From: Tubulanus polymorphus
Taxonomy: Eukaryota; Animalia; Nemertea
Direction of reading: 5' to 3'
Length of the DNA stretch: 64,000 nucleotides
Assembly: GCF_964204645.1 (NCBI RefSeq)
Contig: NC_134025.1
Span: 11,594,001-11,658,000, forward strand
Positions 42,127 through 54,846 of this stretch are shown one piece after another. The notes below the pieces were generated by a model. The model had not been told where the DNA came from. It was given only the letters and a program-made list of their open reading frames with translations, and made no database searches. Each line of letters starts with the position of its first letter. Position 1 is the stretch's first letter. The translations under genes and the position numbers were made by a program.

Positions 42127-42214
42127 CTGAAAAAGAAAGATATGAAAATTCAAATTCAATTTCTGCAGTACTTCTTCTTAATCTTAAAAATCTATTTTTC
42201 TATTAAAAATCCAT

Positions 42215-42360
42215 TAAGTGGGAACCAGTTGCAATTCACACGCAATAATTTGACCTGTGCTAAAATTTGGCTTGAAGCTGGTCCAGCAGATTTGGTCGCG
42301 CCAAACAGGCACGGGCCCATTTGGCATCCGTGCACACAAAATGCTTGTGTGATCATGGCT
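42215..42360 (-). mobile_element. MITE family A, partial copy
   Basis: GGAACCAGTTGCAATTCA core and a GCTTGTGTGATCATGGCT end. Confidence 0.7.
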
Positions 42361-43711
42361 ATTGATGTTACTTAAAAGCCCTTAACTTATAGACTAGGGC
42401 GTGGTGAAAATTGGCCAATTCTCCCCCATGGACACGATGCATACATGGGGGAAGGGAGCGTGGGTTTAAAGATCAGCATAACTGTTTAGCTCTATACGAA
42501 TCCCCTCATGTCATATACGTGCTAATCAGCTTGCCTTCGCACAAATACCTCCAACCACGAGCAAGAAAAAAATGCATATACGAATAATTAATCGAATCGT
42601 ATAATTTGAATTGAAATAAACGTCACTTAGATCAGTTAAGATACGTGGATCTAAAAACACCGAACACCGAAACTCGAATATTAAAACACGCCAATAAGAC
42701 ACATGCTTAACTTCGTAATTCGTAAAATAAGGCACGAATGCACTCATTAAAGGCAAGTGCGTACTTCTCACATTACAAGTACACCAATTGAGTTCGAATG
42801 TTCGAATGAATTTTTCATCGACTCTTTAACAACGGCAGAAAAAAATGTAATGAAAAGTGGAGAAAACTACAGGCAATTGAAACATGGACTTTTTAAACCG
42901 GGTCACCGGGTACGCAGAAAATCATAGAAACGTTCATTCTCATTAGGAGACTCCACTTCATATGAAGGCTTCCTGAATCAATCTCGATAGGCGAAATTGA
43001 TACTGGTATATCTGACTGTTTTTTTTAAATCTAAACCTAACTACAACTGAAACGCTCTCTCTACAACCACAAAAACCTGGACTAAAGATTCTTATAAACC
43101 CAATATGAGCTATCGTGCTACATGATAAGTGCAATGTTTTTCTTCGTCGAGAAAGCCAGTACAAATGAAGATCCCACCAGTATATTTGGCACACGTTTTT
43201 TTTTTTGCTAGATTTCAAGATGATTGGTCTATCCAGGCCACTATATTTCATAGATATTTATTTGATGATACTACTAGCTGACCCCGCTTATCACTATACC
43301 AGACTGAATAGGGACCCTGTGCCATCAGCTATCCCACTAGTTGGTGCGTGATAACAATTAAGATACCTCCATCAAAATTGAGTTCACTCACAACTTTCAT
43401 TGTCTCAATTTTTACCTACAGCATGAACAATTCAGATTGGATGATCTTTAAGGCTTACATGCATATAGCACTATGATTTACATTCAGCAATCATCAATTT
43501 GAGAAATTACAAATAGATTTTAATTGAATCAGGGAAGAAAGCTTTGTCGAAATTTGCAGTGTTGCCACCCAGTAGATCCTCCTTGCCACAAACAAAATCT
43601 TTTATTACCACAGTCGACTGGCTTTTCAGCGCAGATATAGTGGTAGGTTTTGCTTTTTCCATCAGTTAACTAAATCTGAAAGGCCGATCTTTTTAGACAG
43701 GAAAAACGGGT

Positions 43712-43779
43712 GAGGGGGAGAGAGAGAGGAAAAAGAAAGGAGGGGAAAGAGGAAAAAGGAGGGAGGGGGAGAGAGAGAA
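43712..43779. repeat. 68-nt pure polypurine tract
   Basis: Only A and G on the + strand, with GAGGGGGAGAGAGAGA at both ends. Confidence 0.85.
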
Positions 43780-46700
43780 TTAATACGCAATAAGATACAG
43801 ATGACAAAATCCCAACAGCGCCGTCTCAAACAGCCCATTCGTAGTCAAGTGTATATACGAGAGTAAAGTTCCACTTATGATTAATTGTCACTCATCGATT
43901 GGCTCATTAACCAGAACTTTGATCAGTCTTGCTTTTACGCAGCAGCGGAGTTCCTCTGTGTAACGTATCGTGCCACACCGTTAAATCCCGTCTTCCGTAT
44001 ATGACAAATTTTATTGATGAGCCACTTTTCTTTCATTCCAAAAAAAGCGAACGAATGGAACGAACACAGCGGTTGACGAACTTAAAGTTAACGAACCTAA
44101 TTAAGATATATGTCATCAATAACGAGATGAAGAGAAAGAGGAATATGTTGCGTCAAATGATATCGGCAATATTGACGATCTAAAAGGGTTCCACCACGAA
44201 ATAGAAATGAGGGAAATTCTACATATCTTTCAGTCGACTAGTCATAACTCAAATATTGAATTCCTTCGTTCTATGAAGCAATGAATGACAATTCGATGAG
44301 GTACTACTACTGGTAATTGAGGATTCGGCGAGGATCTGGCAGGTTCACGGGCTTCGAACCAACTTTTCTCTTGAATTGCGTTCATCACTTATCGATGAAA
44401 ACGCAGAATCACCAGACCAGATAGAAGTGGACCGAGTCAACTCATCTATTACTGTTGTGCCAGTGCACTATCACCGAAAGGAAATGGTTTTCCTAAAAAT
44501 CGAAATGAGCTCAAAAAATCTTACTTCGGCTAAGTTTTGATTAGAGCAGTAGTGCCTCGGTGACTGCTACTAAGCGGATGACGAAAACCAAGTAGTTGAA
44601 ATCATTTCAGTAGCCATTACTCCCTCTAGAAGTTGAGGTGATACTTCTTGTCCGGGGGTACTCCGAAAAATTGTCTGTGCAGTTAGTTCCCTGTGGCGGG
44701 TATCGATTTTCGCATGAAACTTACATACCATTAACTTGTAATCCACTACTAAGGCATGGTATTTGTACAGAAAAACCAGCCTTTGGTCAGCATTCAAGAA
44801 CAAGATCTTTTAGAGCAGCTCACAAATGATTTCATAAGTTAACAGATAACAAACTCGGTGTTGTAAGATGCAGCGATAGCTGATAACCAACTAATTATCA
44901 TAGTGGTATCTATAACATAGCCTATAGTGAAACAATGCATTCAAATCAAAATTCACAATCAGACCGGTTTGGTTTCTTGGTTTCTTCATTCGATCATACT
45001 ACAACACCGAGCTCATCCATTCTCGAAGAGAACAACAGATCAGATCATGACTCACTCGGGATAGAAGGGTTATCCTGTTGAATCCAGTGTGTGAGAAGCG
45101 TGGAGAGATGCAGAGACGGAGAGGGAGAGAGAGGTGACTAACATAAATCTACTCGACACTGACTCAAAATGACAAACTATCTCCGAAATGAAAAAGTATA
45201 CACGGTAAATATCGGTGTTAATAATATCGCTGACAGGGAAATTACAAATAATAGCAATACAGGTGTTAAAAAGAACCGATACATAGCCTTTCCATTCCAG
45301 ATATAACGCGCCAATTTTCAGTAGTTGGCGACGATTTCCTGGCGCAATTACCACTGTGCCTGCACTAGCCGAAAAGTGGTCACTCTGTACCGTAACTTAT
45401 CATAACTACAATTACTGATTCTTTTTCCTGCGTGTGCAAAACCTTGTACGTGTGCGCCCGTTGAGTGGTTTTGAGTGACTTATTTTCATTTTGAATGACC
45501 GCTTTTATATATATATATATATATATATCGAAGTCAATAACAGCTCCCTCGTTGAACGTGAAACTACAGAGCGTTTTATTATAATCGTTGTAATGAATTT
45601 CTTTCCGAGCGCAAGCATCAGTTCGCTTCAGTTCACGATAAGAACAGAAACCCTCAAAATATGAAAATCGACGTTTGTTAGAAGGCGGGGAAATGATCTG
45701 GATACTTGAATCTCTCACCTTTTTACTGAGTGAAACGGGCATCGAAGAATGCTTGCAGCCCTGTGTACACAACTAGGCAACTCACAAAAGATACAAGTGA
45801 AAAACAACCAGAACTGCACCACACTCCGAATAGTAGGCAGTTTTACAGGTTAATTCGCCTTCGCACCCCAAACTCAATACAACTCAAGCAGCTATAATTG
45901 AGCATTCCGGGCTCTCAATAAAAGCCACTCGTACGCTTAATCGACAGGTAACTTTTCAGTACCGATACTCTCGACTCCCCCCCCCCCAAACATTGGCCAC
46001 GATTTGACCCACGATGCTAAGAGTCACGGCATTCTTTCCGCACCGAACCGAGCCACCCAGAAAAAAAAACCAGTATCAGATTCTATACGCAAGAGGTCGA
46101 CTTCTTTTTACACCTTACTACTAAAACGGGACTGCAACAGTCAGATTTCTCTCGATATCCTTGCATCAGCCATTTGATTTCTCATTGAACTCTGCTGAAG
46201 TGTGCAGTATATACCAGAGGGCCTTATCTTATCCGTGTCTTTAGGAACGGAATATAAAATTGAGCAGACTCTCGCTAAGTATTACGCGCATATGTATACT
46301 AACCGTACCGTGTCCAAACTGCATCAACGATAAACGGTGCAAAGAATTGGGGGGGAGTAGCTAACGCAGAAGTTTTCGAAATAAAGATTTGGTGTACAGA
46401 TATGTGATGGCAATTGCAAAATAGGCCTAATGAACTTTCACCTCCCTATCATACATTTCTCGAAATGGACATTCCGTCGATCTAGATATTTCGCTCTAAA
46501 AAGTTTTCACAATGTACGAAAACAGGAAATAGGAAACTTCCGAAGAACATATAAAGTCCGTCCCCAGCGAGAAACCAGACAAACGAAAATGCCTGACCAA
46601 CCATCGAACAAAAACGCTATCCCCTTGGGTTGTTTTTGGGCTAGGCGAAGAAAAGGCCAGTGAAGCACCAGAGTCGTTGAAATTGAATATAAGCCCGCCT

Positions 46701-47251
46701 GAATTCAATGGTAGCGCTCATTAATCATGCCTTTGTAATTCGCCCCAACTCTCTCTAGTTCTGTGAACAAAGGAACCCGATCTATGTGAACGAAGCATAG
46801 TGGTTAGGCATTGGCAGAATTAATCATACTGTCAAAATGAAGGAACTATCGGAACTGAACGAACCGACCGAAAAACACGGAGAGAGGTTCGGATATAATT
46901 CGATCAAAATATCAGACACGCGGTAATACCGTTTTAATGACGCATATTCAAACGGGAAACCTTGAATTGATCATACATTTCACTTACGCGAAGAGAACAA
47001 GATCAGGGTAAACCTGGTGTCGAGTTCCGTCTACGTTCAAAATTATCGAATCATTCTAGACAAATAATGGATTTGTGGATAATTTTGCATCAGGGTGGGT
47101 TATTCACGCATTGGCACTAAAGAGTCAGATTGAGGCATAGGCCCAAGTTCATTCAAACTTGAAAGCCCTTACGTGACCTGAAGCAGATGATACAGAGAAA
47201 ATTCATCATCAACACTATTGATAGAACACTATATCCGTGTTGACGCGATGT

Positions 47252-47461
47252 AGAGAGAATCCCACAATGATAAGAAAAAGTCCGAAAATGTAACTTCGAG
47301 ATAGTAGTTTACTCAACGTTTCGAATAGGCTATATCCTAATAGTCATCTTCAGGATCATTATTCCTGAAGATGACTATTAGGATATAGTCGAAACGTTGA
47401 ATAAACTACTATCTCGAAGTAACATTTTCTGACTTTTTCTTATCATTGTGGGATTCTCTCT
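47252..47461. mobile_element. Penelope-like-element-derived palindrome (~100-bp arms)
   Basis: 47252-47355 is a near-perfect reverse complement of 47363-47461, and the arms contain hammerhead core motifs. Confidence 0.75.
47359..47404 (+). ncRNA. Minimal type I hammerhead ribozyme motif
   Basis: Stem I TTATTC/GAATAA, CTGAAGA-T, stem II GACTAT(TAGGAT)ATAGTC, GAAA, loopless palindromic stem III AC/GT, cleavage triplet GUU. Confidence 0.65.
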
Positions 47462-50341
47462 TCATCATCAATTATAAAATCAGTAGTTCACAGACCAACA
47501 ATAGTCCAGCTCAGGTCACAGACACCTATCACAGTGACGATTTTTGGGTTGCTGGCGGTCGATCCGTAGGACACTGAATATATATATATAAGTGGAATGT
47601 ATTGAAGGGTACTTATACATTAATATTGAGATTTTTGGTATGATATAGCCGTTAATAGTTCTAATGACCAGGCGAAGTGGTTAGTGGCGACCTGAACAGA
47701 ACACTGTGACTAGCGACTGATCGCCAACAATCGCTAGTAATATTCAGTCGTAATGACCCGAACACTCTCCGGGATCAGTCGCTCTTGGTTCTGTCGCTGC
47801 GCAGTCGTACGGCGACCCGAGTCCCACTTCAATGCAACCACCTTTTAAGTTGTGTGGTTATCCGACTAAATTGTGGTTCACCAGATATCAGTTTACTACA
47901 TATAGGGTCGCAACGGATAACAAAATCATTATAACCTAATGCATATATGCATTAAATACTTAACCGGGGCGGTAAATGGAACGAGAGACTTCGGGGTGAA
48001 GACATATTTCTAGCATTGCACCGAAACCGTCATTGGCGCTTAATGCGGTATTGTACTTTTAACGATGATAGATTTAGCTGACCAGATCAACATGGCCTAC
48101 AACACACGAACCATAGCTCGGTGCCATAAATCAATCCCATTGTCAAATTACTTCCATCTGGCCATAAAAAGGAAATGTTCAGTCACCCACAAAACACCGG
48201 GTTGTAAAAATAGTTCCCAGTTCATTTATTGATTCTTCGGTTAAAGGAGGCCCATATTTGAGTGCCTACTCGGATGTGTTAAGTCTAAGGAGTTTTGTAT
48301 GGTTTATGGTGATGAGATATATAAACCGTCTAATTTTCTACTCATTACTTTCACCGGTCGTAAACCTGTCAAACGTTTTTACCCATTCTTCTGAGCTACT
48401 AAATATCATCGGTAGTAAATGTGCAGTTATACTGTTTCTACCAATCACGTTATACAAACGCCTGGTTTGTGATGAATACCTCTATTAATTAAGAAGGTCT
48501 GGTTAGGAAAGTGGAAATTGAAATAGAAGGGTTGTTTTTCTAAATTGTTCAATGCACTCCCACTAATTATGGTGTCTCAGAGATTTTTAAAGAACATTTC
48601 ATTAATCGTACAGCTGAATAATTCATAAAAAGCTTTGTTCATTAGAAATTATTTTTTTCAAAGAAGTTTTTCTAAATTCTAATATCACTTTTGTACCGGC
48701 CAATAGAAATAAAATCACTCAAGGTTTGTTTGTCTCATTGTGTTCTAAGGCTTTAAATGGTTATAAAGACCCCAGGGGGTCTTGCATATCTATACTTCAT
48801 ATCACAATGTTAATGAAGTGAAGGACCTTCTACATAATGCCACAAAGACTGCACTGATATATACACGTTTGCCTTTTAGTTGTAATTCAACTTTCAAAAT
48901 ATGAATCTTCGAGCTCATCTGACAAGTTGGCCTTCTCCACTCAAAACTGAGAGGGGTTTAGTAGCATTTAGCTATATTCAATTTAAATGGAGCTAAATGT
49001 TGCTCAACTAATATGTGTTCATTCTTATTCTAAGAAAAAACAAACTTTAATTTAATGTCCGATAAAAATTTTTTTAATAACATTCATCAATAAAAGATGA
49101 TACAGGCCTAATAGACGTTGTATACTTCAAGGAAAAGGGGTCTTCAATTGTAAAATTTGTAAATGCCTTGTATCTTCCTTAGGGCTAGGGAAGGACACGG
49201 ACTTATGAAAGTCAGTAAGAAATTTTAAGTGACATCGAAAATCTCCATTGGTATCTCAATTTTCATTCTTATTCCTCAACAATGGTTTTTTCTAGTCTAG
49301 CTACTCCGTGAAGAAAACCTTTCAAACAGGTCCGATAATGCAATCATTTTGAATGAATATTCAAAAATTTCTCACCCCGGGGATACATATTTCACGGTGC
49401 CTTTGACTCACAACTCACCAATACTAAACCCTGGGTCTGCATTATAATTCCACTATTATAAAAAATATGCGCCTGGAAAGCATTAATTACCTGATACAGA
49501 TGAAATACGGGGCAATTACTTTAAGAGTTTGGGAAACATTGAATTTTATAGTCGTGGCTGAAAACTCTTAAGAATCTGAACGCTATTCTGATTTTATTTG
49601 TTCACCACCCCAAACCTTGGACACCAATGGAAGAAATACAGCTTCACCCGAGTAAAGGTTCATCGGTTTACCAGCATTGTAGTTCATTCGCTGACCTGAA
49701 TTTGCAATTGTGTATACTCTACGCATACAGGCTGGTTACTACTACCACTAATGAAAAAGCATGTGTCGTACCCGGCAAATAAAATCCACACACCTCCCAA
49801 ATCTAGTAGTCTCCACGCCAAAAAATTAGCTGACAAGTAGTGAAAACCACATTCTTTATGACAGCCACCATAAATCACTAATGGCATATAAAATGAAAAA
49901 GGTAGTAGGGGCTTCAGTAGCTTTAAACATTTACCATTACCAAAACAATGTTCTATTCACCAGCAATGACTATCGGGATGTCATTATCACCATATCTTTG
50001 GTGGTTGTGTACAACAATTAGATAAAGTAATAATGTTTGTATCATTTAGAACAATTAGAGATTGATACCATCACCGAACAGTCACCGAACCCTCTAGTCT
50101 TTGGAGATACCACATTCATTAAATTGTATTCCAGCATTAATGTATTCTAATATTAATTCTTCGGTACCAATTCTTCTATATAAGCTAACTTAGTTAAACT
50201 GAATCTATTCTACCATATTTTCTACTACCTCTTCTAATTCCTCACACGCCGAACGGACCATTGTTGTCAAACTACCCATTCACCACAATGAATCCGATTT
50301 TATATCGTATAGAAATAAGGAAAATAATGTCTCAAACTTAC

Positions 50342-50405
50342 CGAATACAGCCGCTACAAACGCGGAAATATAGTAAAATATCCTACAAGATCGCGTAAAA
50401 TCCAT
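50342..50405 (-). CDS. PTK7: PTK7-like receptor, coding exon 1 (signal peptide)
   Basis: ATG then MDFTRSCRIFYYISAFVAAVF, a short basic plus hydrophobic signal-like peptide. Ends G|gtaagt (64 nt, phase 1), matching the phase of the Ig1 exon. Lies next to a CpG-rich promoter-like region. Confidence 0.75.
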
Positions 50406-50950
50406 TGTGCTTTTTGTGTAGTTGTAAAAATCGTGTATATATCATCCGATATAGTATATATAAATATATATTGGAGAAAGGAGAGTTGAGTTGAACTCAA
50501 TGATCGAGAGCCATGATTTACACGGAGCGATAGTAAATATAACAGCGCGACAGTAGAGGCGCCGCACTCGACTGAGAGAGGAGTACAACAATCAAACCAA
50601 CCTACTTACTACTACACCGGTAATCCTTAGTCAGCCGTCGCGTCTAGAAATAGTTCGATATTCACACAATGTCCGCGCGTTTGAACGAACGAAAACGCTT
50701 ACTTTAACTTTTTCGATATCGAAAATAAGTAACGCGTTCTATATTCGTGTAAACGCATACTATTTCGGGCGTTTGTCGAACGTTTCGATTTGATTTCGCT
50801 TTATTTTTCATCCGTATTTATTTTACGGGAATCAATGCGCCGCGCGGTACACACCCGAGGCGACCAATAAAGCGAGCGCTCATCAATTAGCCGCCGGATT
50901 TTTCTTTCTGTCGTCGTCTTCGTTATTATTTTTTTTTCGTGAGAAACAAT
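50406..50950 (-). promoter_or_regulatory. Putative PTK7 5'UTR/promoter (CpG-rich)
   Basis: CpG-rich block immediately upstream of the predicted start codon. The TSS cannot be determined from sequence. Confidence 0.4.
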
Positions 50951-51372
50951 GAAAGATGCGTAATAGTGAAAAAATACGATCTGAGCTTTTCGATACGTTT
51001 TGAACGTACGTAAAAACCCAGTTAATTTGCATATACACATTGCAACAATGCTGCACGATATAAAGTATCTTTCGTTTACTTGTTTCTTTATGCTAAGCTA
51101 AAGATATAAAAAGGCATATCTTTTGTGAATATGAAATTTACAGAACTATAATTTCATCAGGAATTTTTTTCGAACGTTTTGAAGTGTTTCAAAATGTTCC
51201 AATTTCGAGTATATAAGTAAGTGAACTTTTCTAAACTAAAAAAAGAATTGAAATCATTACGCTGACATTTGAGCAAATCAAGAAAATCAGTATCGATTCA
51301 ACTTTTCTTAATGTTCTCTGTAAAACTTTCCAATGGGCAAAAGCGGTTAAGGGCAAAACTTGCTTATCATTT

Positions 51373-51518
51373 CAGGGGCGAATTTCAGGGGTGGTCTCGG
51401 GGGTCCGGACTCTTGCCTTCCCATTGAGGTTGCCCTTTTCATGGCTGTTTTATCCGAGAAATTTCTTGTTTTCCTTTTGGACCCCATCAGCTCTCCGATT
51501 TTCCAAGATCCGCCCCTG
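51373..51518. mobile_element. hAT-like MITE (CAGGGGCG termini)
   Basis: CAGGGGCGAATTT ... AGATCCGCCCCTG. Confidence 0.6.
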
Positions 51519-52377
51519 CTTTCCAGCTAAATATAGAAGTATCAGAAGTATATATATCATCGCACGTGAGAGCTTATACTAGTGTTCCGACAAGTTTGTT
51601 GCCGACACAATTTTTGTAAAACCTACGTACATCGCCAGCCAGGGGTATCGAGCAGATAACGCAATCTAAACTAATCGACAAACGAACAACATGCATTGGA
51701 AGTAATCCATCATTCAAACTGCCAATGCGGGCCAAGTAAAAACATGGTTTCGAAATGTTGTGACTCAACGTAGAGAGGGAATGATATGCATTAAAACCGG
51801 GGTCACGACGAACACGTTTCACATATGATTTACCACATCATCCTCGCTTGCCGGGGGTAGTTTTGATCGATAACAACCAAAAGTACGTCCTCTATATGTT
51901 AGTAGTTGAATAAACTACTAAAATCCCTGTAAACTATAGATGAATGAAGAAGCCTGATTTTCGAATTCTATATATACGAGCGTATATGTACCATTTATAT
52001 GAAATTGGTTAAAACGAAAACAGAATGTTTCGACTTTTGAATAACAGCTATCATCAGATTGTTGACTTCTTAATTCATCCCCGTGTATTTTCATAACACG
52101 TACCACCCTGAAAACGAGATCCACTGTTAAAATTTTATGGTAGAAAAATGAACAACCGCGTTACGCTTAGATTTTATTTGCATACGTAAATATATGTGTA
52201 TATATGTATATTACTATAAACATATATATGTATCAACCCCAAACCGTGTAGTAATATTCTTATATATATTTTGATAACAATCACTTACAAAAAATACTGC
52301 ATCAAATATTACACACCATGTTGTAAACTGTTAAAGAAAATGTGACTCAAATGTGACAAAAATGTAAGTCAAATTCG

Positions 52378-52383
52378 TTTATT
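52378..52383 (-). terminator. Candidate NAGS polyadenylation signal (AATAAA)
   Basis: AATAAA on the minus strand about 240 nt after the stop codon. Another copy at 52173-52178. Confidence 0.4.
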
Positions 52384-52622
52384 TCCAATGTTGTAACTCA
52401 CAAATCAGGGAGGTGGCGGTGAATCTCCCTGGTCAAATATAAACTGGAAAACTGGGTCCTGGATCAGATTCACAAAGCATATTAATGACTGGGTTACTGA
52501 ATGCAACCTTCTCATATTTAGTAGCTTCAACAATGTGATTTGATGAAACCTCTAAAGTTTCCTCATTACAACGTTTTGAACAACTGATACCAGGTATAAG
52601 CAATATTGAAAAACTGCGATGA

Positions 52623-52725
52623 TCAATCAATACGTTCGATAACAGTGGGTCGGCTGATCGATTCAGGAAGCATCATAGCCATAGTCACGAGTTTATTCGT
52701 TTCTTCGTATTCATGTTCGCCATAC
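52623..52725 (-). CDS. NAGS: NAGS last coding exon
   Basis: ttgcag acceptor. YGEHEYEETNKLVTMAMMLPESISRPTVIERID then TGA. Total CDS is 1593 nt (530 aa plus stop). Confidence 0.88.
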
Positions 52726-52818
52726 CTGCAATATCATAATAATTCATTAACTTTTCTTTTATAGATGGCGGATAAATCAAAAATTCTCAGATATGATTTA
52801 TGAACAAATTGTACGTAC

Positions 52819-52967
52819 CAAAAGACGACCCATTCGCCATTGCTCCAGCTCCCATCAGCTCTCTGAAAATACCAGGCCGAAATGTTGTTATCGGCCCTGC
52901 AACGCCAAAATAGTTTTGGGTACTTCCTTGTTATATGCGCCCACATCATCTCTCCTGTTCCAAGACC
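52819..52967 (-). CDS. NAGS: NAGS coding exon 10
   Basis: atatag/gtacgt, 149 nt. GLGTGEMMWAHITRKYPKLFWRCRADNNISAWYFQRADGSWSNGEWVVF(W) (compare [23 protein letters not shown]). Confidence 0.93.
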
Positions 52968-53096
52968 CTATATATAGATAATGCCATTTAGAACCAGCGT
53001 TTTTTATGACTAGAATTATCAAACTGGGTGGTGTAATTCTAAAATCATGGATATTCAGCCCATCTTAGCATGATGAGTGCGTGGAATTACCACTCG

Positions 53097-53366
53097 CAGG
53101 GGCGGATCCAGCGGGCGAATTTGACTATATTCCTAGAAATTACTGCTCGATGATCTGCCAACGAAGTAGCAAGCATTGCACGCGTGAAGCTCATTTAAAT
53201 GGGGTTTGGGTCCACCCCAGGAAAATTTTGAAAAATAACTCGTTTTTCTTGTATCTTGCGTTCGGGAGCTTTCACATTATGTACTTCTAAAGATTATGTT
53301 AAAGTCACATTTTTTTCTGACTATATTCCGGAATACAGTGGAATATAGCTAGGATCACCGCCCCTG
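53097..53366. mobile_element. hAT-like MITE (CAGGGGCGGATCC termini) in a NAGS intron
   Basis: CAGGGGCGGATCCAGC ... GCTAGGATCACCGCCCCTG, flanked by ACTCG/ATTCG. Confidence 0.65.
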
Positions 53367-53381
53367 ATTCGTCCAGTATGA

Positions 53382-53658
53382 CAGGGTAGCCACTTTTCCC
53401 TGACTTATCCATGACGTGCGCGATGTTTTCCCTGACTTGATCAAATATGTGACTCATAAACGGAAACTGTTTGATTTCACCATGGACTTTAGAGTCCACG
53501 ATTTTACGCGTGATCTATAGCTGTGTAAACAATTTCCCTGACTTTTCCCTGAATATTGGCTTTTTTTCACAAAATTCCCTGAATATTTGATGACTTTTTT
53601 GTAAAGAAAAGAAAATTCCCTGAATTTTTCCCTGATTTCCATGTAAGTGGCCACCCTG
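53382..53658. mobile_element. CAGGG-terminated MITE with 5-bp TSD (hAT5-like)
   Basis: TATGA|CAGGGTAGCCACTT ... AAGTGGCCACCCTG|TATGA, with internal TTCCCTGA repeats. Confidence 0.75.
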
Positions 53659-53776
53659 TATGAGTAGACGTTTGCGCACACCATTTATAATGTTTTGAAA
53701 GTGCTTTTCGTCAGTGTGAAGGTAAAAATAGGAAAAACGAAGAGGGGAGCGCAGACTTTTGCTGTAGAGAATTTAC

Positions 53777-54033
53777 CTGTGTTTTCTGGTCTACGGCGAA
53801 TTTACACAGGTACGGTACGTCCGTATTCGGGTGTTTGGTGATGATGGCGACGGCCGAGTAAGATTCAGAGATAAACATCTTATGCAGGCTAATTTTCAAC
53901 GAGTTGAAGTAATCGGGAATCATAGGGCTGCCGAACGATGTACTGAGCAGGTCTACCAGTCGAGGTACGTCGATATTGTCCACCGTATCGTACGTAAGTA
54001 TTCTTTCCGCGCTTTTGAAATATGTCCCCGCAC
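53777..54033 (-). CDS. NAGS: NAGS coding exon 9 (start of NAT/DUF619 domain)
   Basis: tttcag/gtaaat, 257 nt. GAGTYFKSAERILTYDTVDNIDVPRLVDLLSTSFG..SESYSAVAIITK..PYLCKFAVDQKTQ. Confidence 0.92.
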
Positions 54034-54746
54034 CTGAAATTACACCGTAACAAAACTCTTGATATTGTACTTAATTGTAATCAATCAAAACACGATCAAT
54101 CGAATTTTTTTCGTGCAAGTTCCTGAATCCAGAAATCAACAAAAAGCGATGCAAAAAATCGTGACAAATGTAAAAAATATGTATTCTTGTAATATACACG
54201 TGAAAAAACAATATACATGTTTATTGATACTTGAATTGTATTTAAAAAGATAGGCTAAATACATGCATATATCCTGCAATCGTCAGTAAGGACATCATAG
54301 CAGGATTTAGGAAAAATCTAAGGGAAAGGAAACACGGCTTACGATAGGCACTTCAATATATACATATACATTTTAGATAATGATTTCATACATAATTCAA
54401 AAAGGTTGCATTCAAAGTTCGCTGCGGTTTTCTGTGAAAAATTTTGTAATCTATAGAAATATTTAAAAATTTAAACGGGAGCTAGAATTTTGATCGCCGA
54501 ATAACAGGCGATTGCATTTCAAGGTAATTGTTAGGTTTTCATAAATTAGTCCAACATAAAAAACATGTATATAATATGTTCGAAAAACACCTAATTTGCA
54601 CACTATTTTTCATTCCATTTCCATGAAAAGTATATACACGCGTGTAAAAAGAACTTTGTTCGTGTGTTTTCATAAATAGATATTGATATCAACAACGCTT
54701 TTTCGGCGCAAAGAGGAACTATCATTTGAAATGGATATATACGAAC

Positions 54747-54846
54747 CATGGTGTGTAAACAGCTCTTTGAGCAGAGCATTCCCTGAGGTGACGACGATTG
54801 AGCCATCGTCGGGTAGGTAGTTTATGAGACTTGCAATCCTTTGAAT
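54747..54846 (-). CDS. NAGS: NAGS coding exon 8
   Basis: cttcag/gttcgt, 100 nt. IQRIASLINYLPDDGSIVVTSGNALLKELFTHH(G), the start of the ELFxxxGxGT arginine-binding motif. Confidence 0.9.
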
